A DNA stretch of 64,000 nt, taken from the IMG/VR virus record IMGVR_UViG_2617271008_000003, positions 1-64,000 of that record. One strand, 5' to 3'. The notes beneath the pieces are model-generated. The model saw nothing but the letters and a program-made list of their open reading frames with translations. It searched no databases and was not told the origin of the DNA. Source of the DNA: a virus. Every line of letters begins with the position of its first letter. Within the stretch, counting starts at the first letter, position 1. A program made the position numbers and the translations under genes. Below are positions 25,050 to 34,936 of the stretch, one piece after another.

Positions 25050-25543
25050 GTTACCCCCGGAAAATCTTGTTTTTGGATATTGATGGAGTTTTGAATAGCC
25101 ATCGAACCGTTTATGCTGCCGATGGCTTCCCGCATGGATTCGAGGGCGCTGACAAGCATCGATTCGATTGGGTTGCAGTTGGGCTGATTCGTAAGATATG
25201 CGAACAGGAGGAAGTTTCGATTGTTCTTTCATCATCGTGGAGGATCATTCATACGGTCCATACATGTGCAAATGGGCTTGATCTTCCTATCTTCGATCGT
25301 ACTGAGAGCCTAGCGGGCAATCGTGGCACCGAGATTCAAGAATGGCTTGATCGTCATCCTGACGTCGAACAGTGGGCCATAGTTGACGACAACAGCGACA
25401 TGCTGGAATCGCAACGCGATCATTTCGTGCAGACCAATCACGAAGACGGGCTTTCCTATGCCGATTACAAGGCGCTTCAGCGAATCCTTCGCGGAGAGCT
25501 TGGCGGTTCATATCGGAATGCATTGTTTTGGGAGGATCAATGA
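25046..25543 (+). CDS. HAD-superfamily phosphatase (polynucleotide-kinase-phosphatase-like)
   Basis: Motif I FLDIDGVLN (DxDGV) at the N-terminus. 165 aa. Confidence 0.55.
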   Translation: MSYPRKILFLDIDGVLNSHRTVYAADGFPHGFEGADKHRFDWVAVGLIRKICEQEEVSIVLSSSWRIIHTVHTCANGLDLPIFDRTESLAGNRGTEIQEWLDRHPDVEQWAIVDDNSDMLESQRDHFVQTNHEDGLSYADYKALQRILRGELGGSYRNALFWEDQ

Positions 25544-25589
25544 AGCAATTTTATCGAGCGGAAGTCAGGCGCACGAAGCGGGAGGCGGC

Positions 25590-25799
25590 ATGACCATTCG
25601 TCAAATCAGCGAAGACGAATACTACGGAATCGTCGAGTCCGCAGTGATGGAAGGATATGATTTTGATGAAGCCATCGGGATCGCGCATGACCAACTGAAG
25701 TATTTGTACGGAAAGCATGCCCAATTCGATCTGCCGCATAACGCGGAAATAGAACAGCGGCTTCAGGAACTCTGCGAAGAAGATGGAGATGAAGAATGA
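25590..25799 (+). CDS. Hypothetical small acidic protein
   Basis: 69 aa from the internal ATG with SD GGGAGG. Confidence 0.35.
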   Translation: MTIRQISEDEYYGIVESAVMEGYDFDEAIGIAHDQLKYLYGKHAQFDLPHNAEIEQRLQELCEEDGDEE

Positions 25800-26017
25800 G
25801 CAAAGTAACAGAGTGGTATCCGGCGAACGTGAAGCCGGTGCGGGTGGGGGTATATGACATCCAAGACAAGTCGATTCGCTGCAACTGCTGCTGTACGTGG
25901 GCACATTGGGATGGCGAGAAATTTGTCAGGTATGGGAAGTTTGGTGGAGTGATGTATGTGACGCAAGAAGTGCGTGATGTCAGAACGTGGCGCGGCCTTG
26001 CGGAGAAGCCAGCATGA
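25796..26017 (+). CDS. Hypothetical small protein
   Basis: 73 aa with a CNCCC cluster. Confidence 0.3.
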   Translation: MSKVTEWYPANVKPVRVGVYDIQDKSIRCNCCCTWAHWDGEKFVRYGKFGGVMYVTQEVRDVRTWRGLAEKPA

Positions 26018-26077
26018 TCAGCGGACCTAAAAAGTCGATCGGTTCACGGGCCTGTCAATCGACCAAGCCGACATAAG

Positions 26078-26278
26078 ATGCCTCGCTACTGGAGAGAAGC
26101 AGACGATCCGCTCCGAGTGTTGGAGCGCCGAGAGTCAAGGACATGCGCCGGCTGTCAGCATTTGCAACGAGACATGCTGTTCGGGCAGATCAAGTTCTCT
26201 TGCGGCAAGCACGTGCGGCCGGCCGCTACGGAAATTTGCGACATGAGGAAATGCCCGAAGTACGTGGAAAAATCCTGA
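26078..26278 (+). CDS. Hypothetical Cys-rich small protein
   Basis: 66 aa CAGCQH..C..C. Confidence 0.3.
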   Translation: MPRYWREADDPLRVLERRESRTCAGCQHLQRDMLFGQIKFSCGKHVRPAATEICDMRKCPKYVEKS

Positions 26279-26351
26279 ATCATCAATAGCATTCCTAAAC
26301 GAAACGGCTACAATTTCGAGACACACAAATATTGCTTTTCTCGGGGGAAAC

Positions 26352-26867
26352 TTGCGCGGGGAAACCGTGATTCGAGAAAAGATTGTCAGCGCCACGCAGT
26401 CGAGCAATCTTCGGTGGGATGCTGAGTATGAACGCGCAGTAGATCGTCTGACAGCGCTAGGCCATGCCGACAAGCTTGGGTCTGCGCTCATCCGGGCGAA
26501 ATACCTAAACGATGCAGGATCGGCGCTCATTGCGGTTTCGCTTTTGGCGCAACGCTGTACGTCGATCAAGAAAGGGATGCAGATCGGCTACGCGATGCAA
26601 CTATCCCGTGTGGCCTTCTTCGAATGGATCGTTGACATGTGCGACCACTGCAATGGGACGGGCATTCGCGATGGTGCCTCGTGCTCGAAATGCAATGGCA
26701 CTGGTGCGCGACAGCATTCTGACTACGAGCGTGCAATGCGGGCAGAAATTGAGGTCAGCGATTGGCCGAATCATCAAAGGTCATTTGACGCAGTGACGGC
26801 AGCATTGCAAGCCGCAGTTGGTCGCACTCAAGGCAAGGTGCGATCGTCGTTGGGGGATGAAACATAA
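26352..26867 (+). CDS. Zinc-finger protein at the Q (late antiterminator) position
   Basis: CDHCNGTG...CSKCNGTG duplicated zinc-finger motif. Position after the nin genes. Assignment to the Q family is tentative. Confidence 0.35.
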   Translation: MRGETVIREKIVSATQSSNLRWDAEYERAVDRLTALGHADKLGSALIRAKYLNDAGSALIAVSLLAQRCTSIKKGMQIGYAMQLSRVAFFEWIVDMCDHCNGTGIRDGASCSKCNGTGARQHSDYERAMRAEIEVSDWPNHQRSFDAVTAALQAAVGRTQGKVRSSLGDET

Positions 26868-26946
26868 AAGGCTGGATGACTTTATCGGCTTCCTCGCGAA
26901 GCCATGAGTTTGTGCAGACAAATTTTATTCACATGAGGATTTAATC

Positions 26947-27822
26947 ATGTTTCAAATCATTGCAATCATATTGTTTTCAACGATCGCGGTATTCGCAGTT
27001 CGAATCATCCCGACGTTTTTTCACGCGAGATCGTTGTCGTGGGGAATGTCTAGTGCAGTGGGGATTGGCTTTATGGTTGGCAGCTTACTAATGGCCTGTT
27101 TCACGCAGGTAGCGCAGTCGCATATCGGCATCGTGACCACTTTCGGCAAAATCCAGGCCGAAACGCTCGGCGAGGGGCCGCACTTCGTCGCGCCGGTTTC
27201 GCGCGTTCACGAGGTGTTCGTCGGCACTGACGTTGCGCGCGTCGACAAGGCACAGGCCGCCTCGAAGGATCTCCAGTCAGTCCACACGGACCTGACCATG
27301 AACTACCGCGTCGACCCGTCCAAGGCCCGCGCACTGTTCGCCATGGCGCCATCGCTCGACTACGAAAGCGCCTATGTGCAGCCAGCCATGCAAGAAGTGT
27401 TCAAGGCCGTCGTCTCGCGCTACACCGCCGAGGAACTGGTGACGAAACGCGCACTGGTCTCGACCGACATCCAGAACGCACTCGTCGCGAAGCTTGCCGG
27501 CTACGGCTTCATCGTGCGCGACATCAACATCACCGGATTCGCCTTCAGCAAGGCATTCGACGACGCGATCGAGGCAAAGGTGACAGCTAGCCAGAAAGCC
27601 GAGCAGGCTGAGCGCGACTTACAGCGTGTCAAGTACGAGGCTGAGCAGAAGATCGCTGCCGCGCGTGGTGAGGCCGAGGCGATCGCTATCCAGGCCACAG
27701 CCATCAAGACCAACGGCGGCGAGGAATATCTGCGCCTACAGGCCATAAATCATTGGGACGGCAAGTTGCCCGTCTATCTGGCACCCGGTGCGCCGATGCC
27801 CTTCATCAACGCGGGGAAATAA
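26947..27822 (+). CDS. SPFH/band-7 (prohibitin/stomatin-like) membrane protein
   Basis: N-terminal TM helix. SPFH core ..GIVTTFGKIQ..GPHFVAPV..TDLTMNYRVDPS.. and a C-terminal coiled coil. Confidence 0.75.
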   Translation: MFQIIAIILFSTIAVFAVRIIPTFFHARSLSWGMSSAVGIGFMVGSLLMACFTQVAQSHIGIVTTFGKIQAETLGEGPHFVAPVSRVHEVFVGTDVARVDKAQAASKDLQSVHTDLTMNYRVDPSKARALFAMAPSLDYESAYVQPAMQEVFKAVVSRYTAEELVTKRALVSTDIQNALVAKLAGYGFIVRDINITGFAFSKAFDDAIEAKVTASQKAEQAERDLQRVKYEAEQKIAAARGEAEAIAIQATAIKTNGGEEYLRLQAINHWDGKLPVYLAPGAPMPFINAGK

Positions 27823-27824
27823 CC

Positions 27825-29702
27825 ATGACGAACAACACCACCGCAGTGCTGACGGACGAGCAGATTCTCGCGCTCAATGCCGGCGAAATCCATTTCAGCG
27901 AATCGCCGTCTAAGTACCCTGAATTCGGCCACGGCACTCAATACCACGCCGGAGCGCCGGGTGTGCTCAGTTTCGCCCGCGCCGTCGAACGCGCCCTTCT
28001 CACCTCCCCGCGAGCAGCAGTGCCTGCGCAGTTCGATACCGCTATGGATCTGATGATCGATGCTGGATGCGAGTGCCTGTCGCCCGAGCAGATGGATCGC
28101 TTTGAAGTGATGTTCGCTGGCGACGTCGATGCTTGGGAGCGCCTGTATCGCTGCATCGTTAAGCGACTCGACGCTGCTGCCAGTACCTTAGTAGCCGACA
28201 AGGCCGACGAGCGGGAAAAATTTTACGCACGAGGCTTACAAGATGGCATTCGCATAGCTGAAAGCCGAAAATCGCAGCCCGCCGCACCGGGCGGCATTGA
28301 TATTGGCGTGGACTGTCTGGCTCGATTGAGGAAACTGATGGTGCGTTTCGGCATCGCTAGCGATGGATCGCTTGAAGGATTCGGAGCGCGACTGGAGACC
28401 CACCTCAATCGGCTTGTTCGAGTCGCAAACGCTTTTCTTGATAATGTCGCCGCTCCCGCCGCCCCGGTCGCCGAGGCCGAGCCGATCCCGATGCTGCTGT
28501 TCTGCCCGCGGTGCGGCACGCAGCACATCGACGCGCCCGAGGATGCCGAGTGCGATGGCGAGGTTGTGCATAGCGCAGGATGGTCGAACCCGCCGCACCG
28601 GTCGCACCTGTGCCACGCATGCGGGATCGTGTGGCGGCCGGCCGATGTTGCAACGGTTGGCGTCGAGGCGATCGAGACGAGCGGCAAGGCCGATACATGG
28701 ACCAAGGAAACGCCCTGGATCGGTCATAACCGACCCGCCGCTCAGGCTGTCGCCGCTGATGGGGCGCGGTCCTGGCATCACGAGCTGAAGACCGACCCGG
28801 ATGTGTTCGCCGCCGTTCTGGCCGGCGACAAGACACACGAGATCCGATACAACGACCGCGGCTTCAAGGTCGGTGACACGCTGCGCCTGCGCGAGACGAG
28901 GTACAGCGGCGAGAGCATGAAATGCCAGCCCGACGATTACCCGCTGGAATACACCGGCCGCGAGGTCACGCGGGTGGTGAGCCATGTGCTCGACGGATAC
29001 GGCTTGATGCCGGGCTGGGTGGTTCTGTCGTTCGCGTCCGAGCGCGCAGCAGTATCGCCGGCCACCCGAATGTTGAATGCTTGTGACGCGAATGCGCTTC
29101 GAACCGCTATCGACGCAGCCGAAATCGCGAAGTTCATAGACGCTGAACGGGCTGTTGAACTTAGAGACATCGTGATGCACGCAGCAGTATCGCCGGCCAC
29201 GGCCGACGAGCGGGCGGCGTTCGTCTCGCTCATCGGTTACGAACGCCCGGAAACCGAAGGCTGCGCGGTAGACGTGTGGGATAGCCATCGCGCGACGTGG
29301 AGTGCAGCTATCGAGTTTGCCCGCGCATCGCAGGCCGCCGCCCCGGCCGCGTTCAATTGCGACGAATGCCGCGATACCGGTCAAGTCTGCGTCGGCACCA
29401 GCGGCCGGGAGGACGATGGCAACGCGCTGGAATTCGAGCGCTGTCCGTCGTGCGGCTACGGCGACGAGGCCGCCGCACCGGCCGAGGCGCGCGAGCCTTT
29501 CCCGTACCAGAAGACCTTCGACGCGATTGCTGCGGCTACGTCGATTAGTGCCGGGGGCCACGTGTCGATTTCTGTCGAAGCGTTCCGCAAGGCATTCGGC
29601 GCTATCCCTTCTGATGCGGGAGAGGCGGTGGCGATGACTCAGGCTGAACTCGATGCCCAGCCGAACTGGATCAAGAATGCTCTTCCGCCGGAGGGCGCAT
29701 GA
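27825..29702 (+). CDS. Large multi-module phage protein with DUF3850 (ASCH/PUA-like) domain and zinc ribbons
   Basis: Starts MTNNTTA like 7291-9483. HELKTDPDVFAAVLAGDKTHEIRYNDRGFKVGDTLRLRE is the DUF3850 signature. Shares an identical 50 aa block with 7291-9483. Modules are joined by AAAPA / RAAVSPAT linkers. Confidence 0.55.
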   Translation: MTNNTTAVLTDEQILALNAGEIHFSESPSKYPEFGHGTQYHAGAPGVLSFARAVERALLTSPRAAVPAQFDTAMDLMIDAGCECLSPEQMDRFEVMFAGDVDAWERLYRCIVKRLDAAASTLVADKADEREKFYARGLQDGIRIAESRKSQPAAPGGIDIGVDCLARLRKLMVRFGIASDGSLEGFGARLETHLNRLVRVANAFLDNVAAPAAPVAEAEPIPMLLFCPRCGTQHIDAPEDAECDGEVVHSAGWSNPPHRSHLCHACGIVWRPADVATVGVEAIETSGKADTWTKETPWIGHNRPAAQAVAADGARSWHHELKTDPDVFAAVLAGDKTHEIRYNDRGFKVGDTLRLRETRYSGESMKCQPDDYPLEYTGREVTRVVSHVLDGYGLMPGWVVLSFASERAAVSPATRMLNACDANALRTAIDAAEIAKFIDAERAVELRDIVMHAAVSPATADERAAFVSLIGYERPETEGCAVDVWDSHRATWSAAIEFARASQAAAPAAFNCDECRDTGQVCVGTSGREDDGNALEFERCPSCGYGDEAAAPAEAREPFPYQKTFDAIAAATSISAGGHVSISVEAFRKAFGAIPSDAGEAVAMTQAELDAQPNWIKNALPPEGA

Positions 29703-29941
29703 CTCTCGGCGAACTCATCAAATCGCGCCGCGAAGCGCAAGGCATGACGCTGGACGAGGTTGCCGATGCGGCTGGCTGCTCGAAGTCCTATCTGTGGGAA
29801 ATCGAGAATCGCGTCGGCTACAAGGTCAGCTTGATCAACGCCGTGCGTCTATCTGTTGCGCTGGGTATCCACATCAATCTCTTGGCGTCGGCAGTTCTTG
29901 AATCTGCTGCGCAGGATGGGAAGGGAGGCGATCGTGGCTAA
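29699..29941 (+). CDS. XRE-family HTH transcriptional regulator
   Basis: LIKSRREAQGMTLDEVADAAGCSKSYLWEIENR is a canonical HTH_3. Confidence 0.7.
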   Translation: MTLGELIKSRREAQGMTLDEVADAAGCSKSYLWEIENRVGYKVSLINAVRLSVALGIHINLLASAVLESAAQDGKGGDRG

Positions 29942-30103
29942 ACCGCTCGCAGGCAAACGCGCGTTCGAGGCCATGGGCCGGCGCGCAAGATCAAATGGAA
30001 TCCCAATCGGATTTGGACTTCGCCATCGTTCCGCATGGCCAAAATGGGCACGAGTCGCGTGGGCATACGGATGGACGCAACAACGAAAACCGGGAGACAC
30101 CCG

Positions 30104-30919
30104 ATGAGCGACAAGCTGAGCGACGACGAACGCGCACGCCTCGACGCAGAGGTTAGGCGCGACTACGAAATGAGCGCGAAATGGCCCTTCGATGCGTCTG
30201 ACGCCTGGTGGAATGACGACAGTAGATACGTTGCGCTACCGGCGGTCGATTCGGCGCACGCGGCAGCACGGGCCATCATCCGTGACCTGAGCGACCGCGG
30301 CGGCATCAAACGGGGTTTCGAGAACATCGACGAGGAAACGCGCGGCGAGATCGTGGCGAAGCTTGCGGCCATCATCCGGGCCGCCTCGCCTGCGCCGGCT
30401 ATCCCTGCCGGAGACTGGCAGCCTGTCGAGACGGCGCCAGAGGGCGAGCTTGTCGTGGTCTTCTGGCTTGATCCGAACGCCGCAGTCGAGCTGGAGTGTT
30501 ACGACTTCGACATGCTGGAAGACGGCTCCTGGCGCCAATGGACGGATCACTATGAATGGGCACACTCGGTCGCCCCAGTGACAGAGGTGCCCTGCACTAT
30601 GCCGCGCGAGCATCCACCCTACACGCACTGGAAGCGTCTCGGCACACCGACAGAGCCTGCGCCGGCTATCTCGGAAAGCGACGTACTCCGGCATCGCGCA
30701 CTTGCCGCTGAGGCGCGATGTGACCACGTCATCAAGATCCTGACGCGCATACACGGCTCCCTTTTGCCGAACGAGATGCGTCTGCCAGACGGCCGCGTTT
30801 TCGAGTTCAACAACCCCAAAGTCGAGCACGAAATGCTGCGCGGCCTGCGCGATGCGATCCGCGCAGTGCCCGACGAGATCGCCGCTATTGACGCAGAGCG
30901 CAAGGAGAATCAATCGTGA
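30104..30919 (+). CDS. DUF551-domain phage protein (paralog of 6495-7067)
   Basis: MSDKLSDDERARLD start with SD GGGAGA. DWQPVETAPEGELVVVFW motif. Confidence 0.6.
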   Translation: MSDKLSDDERARLDAEVRRDYEMSAKWPFDASDAWWNDDSRYVALPAVDSAHAAARAIIRDLSDRGGIKRGFENIDEETRGEIVAKLAAIIRAASPAPAIPAGDWQPVETAPEGELVVVFWLDPNAAVELECYDFDMLEDGSWRQWTDHYEWAHSVAPVTEVPCTMPREHPPYTHWKRLGTPTEPAPAISESDVLRHRALAAEARCDHVIKILTRIHGSLLPNEMRLPDGRVFEFNNPKVEHEMLRGLRDAIRAVPDEIAAIDAERKENQS

Positions 30920-31278
30920 ACGATCAAGAACTGTTGCGACTAGCGGCGAAGGCTGCCGGCGCGGAATGGACGGATTATCAGCGCGGCACGCCGAACCATT
31001 GGCACATCGAGCGCGCCGATGGGGTATGGCGCGAGTGGAACCCCCTCAACGACGACGGCGACGCGCTGCGGCTGGCGGTGAAGCTGGGACTAGCAGTGAG
31101 AGTGCTGGAGAAATGCGTGTTCGTGGAAAGCGATCCCGAAACTCTTCTCGGTCAATCTTCCGTGAGTGAATTGGAGATGTACGGCCGTCCCCGAGATCCC
31201 TACGCCGCCACCCGCCGCGCCATTACCCGCGCTGCCGCCGAGATCGCCCGCACTACTGATACCGGAGGGGAAGCGTGA
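30916..31278 (+). CDS. Conserved phage protein, paralog of 5873-6217
   Basis: First 55 aa identical to the minus-strand copy. Confidence 0.6.
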   Translation: MNDQELLRLAAKAAGAEWTDYQRGTPNHWHIERADGVWREWNPLNDDGDALRLAVKLGLAVRVLEKCVFVESDPETLLGQSSVSELEMYGRPRDPYAATRRAITRAAAEIARTTDTGGEA

Positions 31279-32024
31279 GCAACTTCGTCAAAAAGTTTGA
31301 GCGCAATTCCGAAGGCCGAGATTTTGCCGTCGGTGATATCCACGGGCACTTTTCTAGACTTGAGGCCGCCCTCATGTCCATAAAATTCGACCCATCCCAT
31401 GACCGACTGTTCTCCGTTGGCGATCTTGTTGACCGTGGCCCGGAGTCGGAGCGAGCACTCGGCTACATCGACATGCCATGGTTCCACGCAGTACGCGGGA
31501 ATCACGAGGACATGGCGATACGCTGGCCTGCCGGAAACATGGATGCAGGGAATTACGTGGCAAATGGCGGTGCATGGAACGTGTCGAACCCTCCGTTTGC
31601 AGCACAGGCTATTTCCGATGCTTTATCGATGCTCCCGATCGCAATCGAAGTGGAGACAAGCAGCGGAACGGTCGGCATCGTTCATGCGGATTGTCCGTTC
31701 CCGACGTGGCGCGATTTCGTCGTCTCGCTCGACGACAGCGGGATGTCCAACAAAATGCGCAAGCTGGTTTTTGAGGCTGCTCTCTGGTCACGCGAGCGCA
31801 TCCAGTCCGAGGACAGATCCGGCATCCCTGATGTTCGGGCTGTCATCGTCGGCCATACGCCACTGAAACACACTGTCGTGCTTGGGAACGTCTATCACAT
31901 TGACACTGGCGGTTGGACGCGCGACGGGAAATTTACACTGCTCGAACTCGATTCTTTGGTAGCGCACTATGCCAACGAAGTCCTCGACTGGAACGCGCAC
32001 ACCACCACAGAGGCCGGAAAGTGA
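31275..32024 (+). CDS. Ser/Thr protein phosphatase (PPP-family metallophosphoesterase, lambda-PPase-like)
   Basis: Motifs GDIHGH, GDLVDRGP and GNHE in order. Confidence 0.8.
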   Translation: MSNFVKKFERNSEGRDFAVGDIHGHFSRLEAALMSIKFDPSHDRLFSVGDLVDRGPESERALGYIDMPWFHAVRGNHEDMAIRWPAGNMDAGNYVANGGAWNVSNPPFAAQAISDALSMLPIAIEVETSSGTVGIVHADCPFPTWRDFVVSLDDSGMSNKMRKLVFEAALWSRERIQSEDRSGIPDVRAVIVGHTPLKHTVVLGNVYHIDTGGWTRDGKFTLLELDSLVAHYANEVLDWNAHTTTEAGK

Positions 32025-32260
32025 GCGACATAAAGCCTTGCGAGATTCCATGTCCAAAATGCGGAAGCAGCGACGTGACACGCAAATTTTGGGGCGCTGG
32101 TGAACGCCGCCAAGCAACTGAATACGAAAAGCAAACAATGGGAAAGTACGCAACAGTCACCTGTTGGAATGCGGTTGCTAACCGCGATCATATCGGGCAC
32201 TTCTGCCACTGCTGCAAGTTCAGATGGGAAACACTCCCGATGAGAAAAGACAAAGCTTGA
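32021..32260 (+). CDS. Hypothetical zinc-ribbon protein
   Basis: CPKCGSS...CHCC. GTG start overlaps the upstream stop. Confidence 0.35.
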   Translation: MSDIKPCEIPCPKCGSSDVTRKFWGAGERRQATEYEKQTMGKYATVTCWNAVANRDHIGHFCHCCKFRWETLPMRKDKA

Positions 32261-32311
32261 TTACGTAATACAAATGATCCTAGAAAATCACAACATGTAG
32301 TGAAAAAGTCC

Positions 32312-32339
32312 TTGCAAGCCCCAAAGTATTGCCTATAAT
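32312..32339 (+). promoter_or_regulatory. Sigma70-like promoter TTGCAA-N16-TATAAT
   Basis: Near-consensus -35 and perfect -10 in a low-GC intergenic region. Confidence 0.5.
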
Positions 32340-32345
32340 CGCACT

Positions 32346-32478
32346 TGAGCCTGTCGCAACGCGTAGATAAACGAGCTACGATAGACAGGAGCCGGAAACG
32401 GCAACCCCATCGAAGCGGATGGGTAGTCACGCCTCGGATTTCTTCAGCCCCGCCAGCTAACGCTCGCGGGGTTTTTTA
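32346..32478 (+). ncRNA. Candidate small RNA (~130 nt) bounded by strong promoter and intrinsic terminator
   Basis: Two internal hairpins (CCTGTC..GACAGG and CCCATC..GATGGG), then the terminator CCCCGC-loop-GCGGGG followed by TTTTTTATT. Confidence 0.35.
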
Positions 32479-32480
32479 TT
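32448..32480 (+). terminator. Rho-independent terminator
   Basis: 6-bp GC stem plus a T6 run. Confidence 0.55.
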
Positions 32481-32490
32481 GCGCTGCGCC

Positions 32491-32694
32491 ATGCCTGAAC
32501 CACTGCTCTCGATTGACGAGAAACTGGCGCTACAGCGGTGGACACTTGAATCCTTTGATTTCCTGATTCTGTCAGGAGCAATCGAGGTTCCATGGTCGCC
32601 ATCCGATGCTGAATATGATGCGCTGGTTGGGTATTACCGGGCTGGATTGACGCCCGGAGACGCGGCGGAAGCGCTCTTTGCCCCGCGTCATTAG
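32491..32694 (+). CDS. Hypothetical small protein
   Basis: ATG start (MPEPLL). The ORF track ORF begins at a TTG at 32479. Confidence 0.3.
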   Translation: MPEPLLSIDEKLALQRWTLESFDFLILSGAIEVPWSPSDAEYDALVGYYRAGLTPGDAAEALFAPRH

Positions 32695-32725
32695 CTCCTG
32701 AATTCTCTCACCCTAGGCGGCACGC

Positions 32726-32950
32726 ATGGCAACCAGGAAAGCAAAAGTGATCCCGGTTGTTGAATCGCCGGTAGGGCACACATGCCGCGAGTGTCGACAT
32801 GTGCTGGTAAAGCGTGGCGATGGCCTCTACTGCCGTCGCTACCCTCCCGAGTTCGTCTATGAGCCCGCTACGGGCCTAACGGATACGCGCAATCCAGAAG
32901 TCCAGCCAGACTGGACATGCGGGGAATTCGCTGCACATTTAGCGTCTTGA
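32726..32950 (+). CDS. Hypothetical zinc-ribbon protein
   Basis: CRECRH...C..C. Confidence 0.35.
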   Translation: MATRKAKVIPVVESPVGHTCRECRHVLVKRGDGLYCRRYPPEFVYEPATGLTDTRNPEVQPDWTCGEFAAHLAS

Positions 32951-32964
32951 GATAGGAGCGACGC

Positions 32965-34149
32965 ATGACCGAAAGAATTGATCCGGAATTGCGTCAATGG
33001 GCGACGCCTCGTCAAATTGAGTTCATCGAGGCCATTGAGAAACATGGCACGATGAATGCTGCTGCTGTTGCAATGGGCCTTAGCGCTGGCAGCATCAGCA
33101 ATTCGATGCGAGGGTTGAAAGCCAGGGCTGCTCGCTTAGGCTATGCGCCTGGTCATTGGACTGGCGGCGTTGCGCCTGGCTACGTCACTGGCAAAGTAAC
33201 CGTAGCCGTCAACGCGAAGACGGGCGAGGTCGAGCGCTATTGGCAGCGTCAACATCCCGACGCAAACCGGCTACAGGAGATGATGCAGGCTGCTGCGGAG
33301 GCAATGGCTGAGAGTCTGCCGCGAGTGCATGCGATCCCGGCTCCCGAGCATATTGACGAAGCGCTATGCAATCTTTATACATTCACTGATTGCCACGTTG
33401 GTGCTTTGGCGTGGCATCGTGAAGGCGGTGCAGACTGGGATTTGAAGATCGCAGAGCAAACGCTGGTCGCGACGTTCGCGCATATGGTCCAGGCATCGCC
33501 GCTCGCGAAGATCGGTTTCATCAACCAGCTCGGTGACTTCCTGCATAGCGACGGCTCAAACGGATTGATGCCCGTGACGCCAATGCACGGACACATTCTC
33601 GACCAGGATGGCCGGTATGCGAAGGTGGTGGCAACGGCAATTCGGATTCTGCGTCGAATCGTTGATTTCGCCTTGGAGCGACACGAACAGGTTGTCGTGT
33701 TGCTCGCAGAAGGTAATCACGACATGTCCTCGTCTATATGGTTGAGGGCAATGTTTAGCGCCTTGTATGAAAACGAGCCGCGCATCCGTGTAATCCAGTC
33801 GGAACTGCCCTACTACGTCTACCAGCATGGTAAGACGATGTTGGCATTTCATCACGGCCATCTCAAAAAAAATGACGATCTGCCGCTGCTTTTTGCTGCT
33901 CAGTTCCCAAAAGTTTGGGGCGAGACGAGCAAGCGGGTTTGCCATGTCGGACACCGGCACCACATCGAAGAGAGAGAGCATTCCGGGATGACGGTTATCC
34001 AGCATCCGACGATCGCGGCTCGCGATGCTTACGCCGCACGTGGCGGATGGTTCTCGGAGCGCTCAGCTACGGCGATCACTTATCACCGTGATTTCGGTCA
34101 GGTTGCACGAAATACGGTCACTCCGGAAATGTTTGTGGAAGCCGCATAA
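32965..34149 (+). CDS. Metallophosphoesterase with N-terminal HTH domain
   Basis: N-terminal HTH TPRQIEFIEAIEKHGTMNAAAVAMGLSAGSISN, followed by DCHVG, GDFLHSDG, EGNHD, HHGH and GHRHH calcineurin-like motifs. Confidence 0.55.
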   Translation: MTERIDPELRQWATPRQIEFIEAIEKHGTMNAAAVAMGLSAGSISNSMRGLKARAARLGYAPGHWTGGVAPGYVTGKVTVAVNAKTGEVERYWQRQHPDANRLQEMMQAAAEAMAESLPRVHAIPAPEHIDEALCNLYTFTDCHVGALAWHREGGADWDLKIAEQTLVATFAHMVQASPLAKIGFINQLGDFLHSDGSNGLMPVTPMHGHILDQDGRYAKVVATAIRILRRIVDFALERHEQVVVLLAEGNHDMSSSIWLRAMFSALYENEPRIRVIQSELPYYVYQHGKTMLAFHHGHLKKNDDLPLLFAAQFPKVWGETSKRVCHVGHRHHIEEREHSGMTVIQHPTIAARDAYAARGGWFSERSATAITYHRDFGQVARNTVTPEMFVEAA

Positions 34150-34936
34150 AAGGCGATTGAGCCTTGTATCTATTTTTCGGATAATCTCAAAGTATCCCAA
34201 AGGCCGATAAAGCGCGGATTTGGAATATTGCAGTATTCCGGCAGTAGGTTGGTGCCTAGCTCGGAGGTATCGCGCAAAGCGATTAGCCGAGACGCGGATC
34301 AGACATGAGTGCCGCGATCATGGAAAACCGTGTCAGCACGCGATTCCTGTTCTCCAATGAGACACCTCCAGGAAGGCGCGTAGAACATAGCGCGAGACCG
34401 ATGCAAATGGCGACGAGCCGAAAGGCATGCCCTGTCGACCGAAGGTGTTGGCGCGCAACCGTTCTTTGCCGACTGGCTCACGAGACGAGCCTTCTCCCAA
34501 AACCCGGAAACTGCTGGCGAGGCCAGTCGAACGCATCTATTGCGATGAACGGGTCGCCGGGTCTTGGGAGAGCGCAGTATGGCGTCCGGTGGGTGGTGCT
34601 CACCCTCATGCCGGAGCCGCGTATGGAGCCGCAATCCTTAACTGCGGTGACGGGCGGAGAAAATTAGCGTGCCGCCGGTTGGTCTCCGTTATCGGACCGT
34701 TTTCACGCATGCTTTCGTCTAGAGGCCTAGGACGGTGGGTCATGGCTAACGCCTACTCGCAAACTCTGGTTCGAATCCAGAAGGCAGCCGTGAGAGCGAA
34801 TCGCAGTTCGACGGGAGGAATCCCGCACGTTGCGATAGTGCAGGCTGATGCGCGCAAGATAGCCAGAGCCGGTTCGGTGCGGCCGAGGCGAAACCCCGAA
34901 AGCTGGAGATCAGCACCGGCCGCTCTCTCCATAGTT

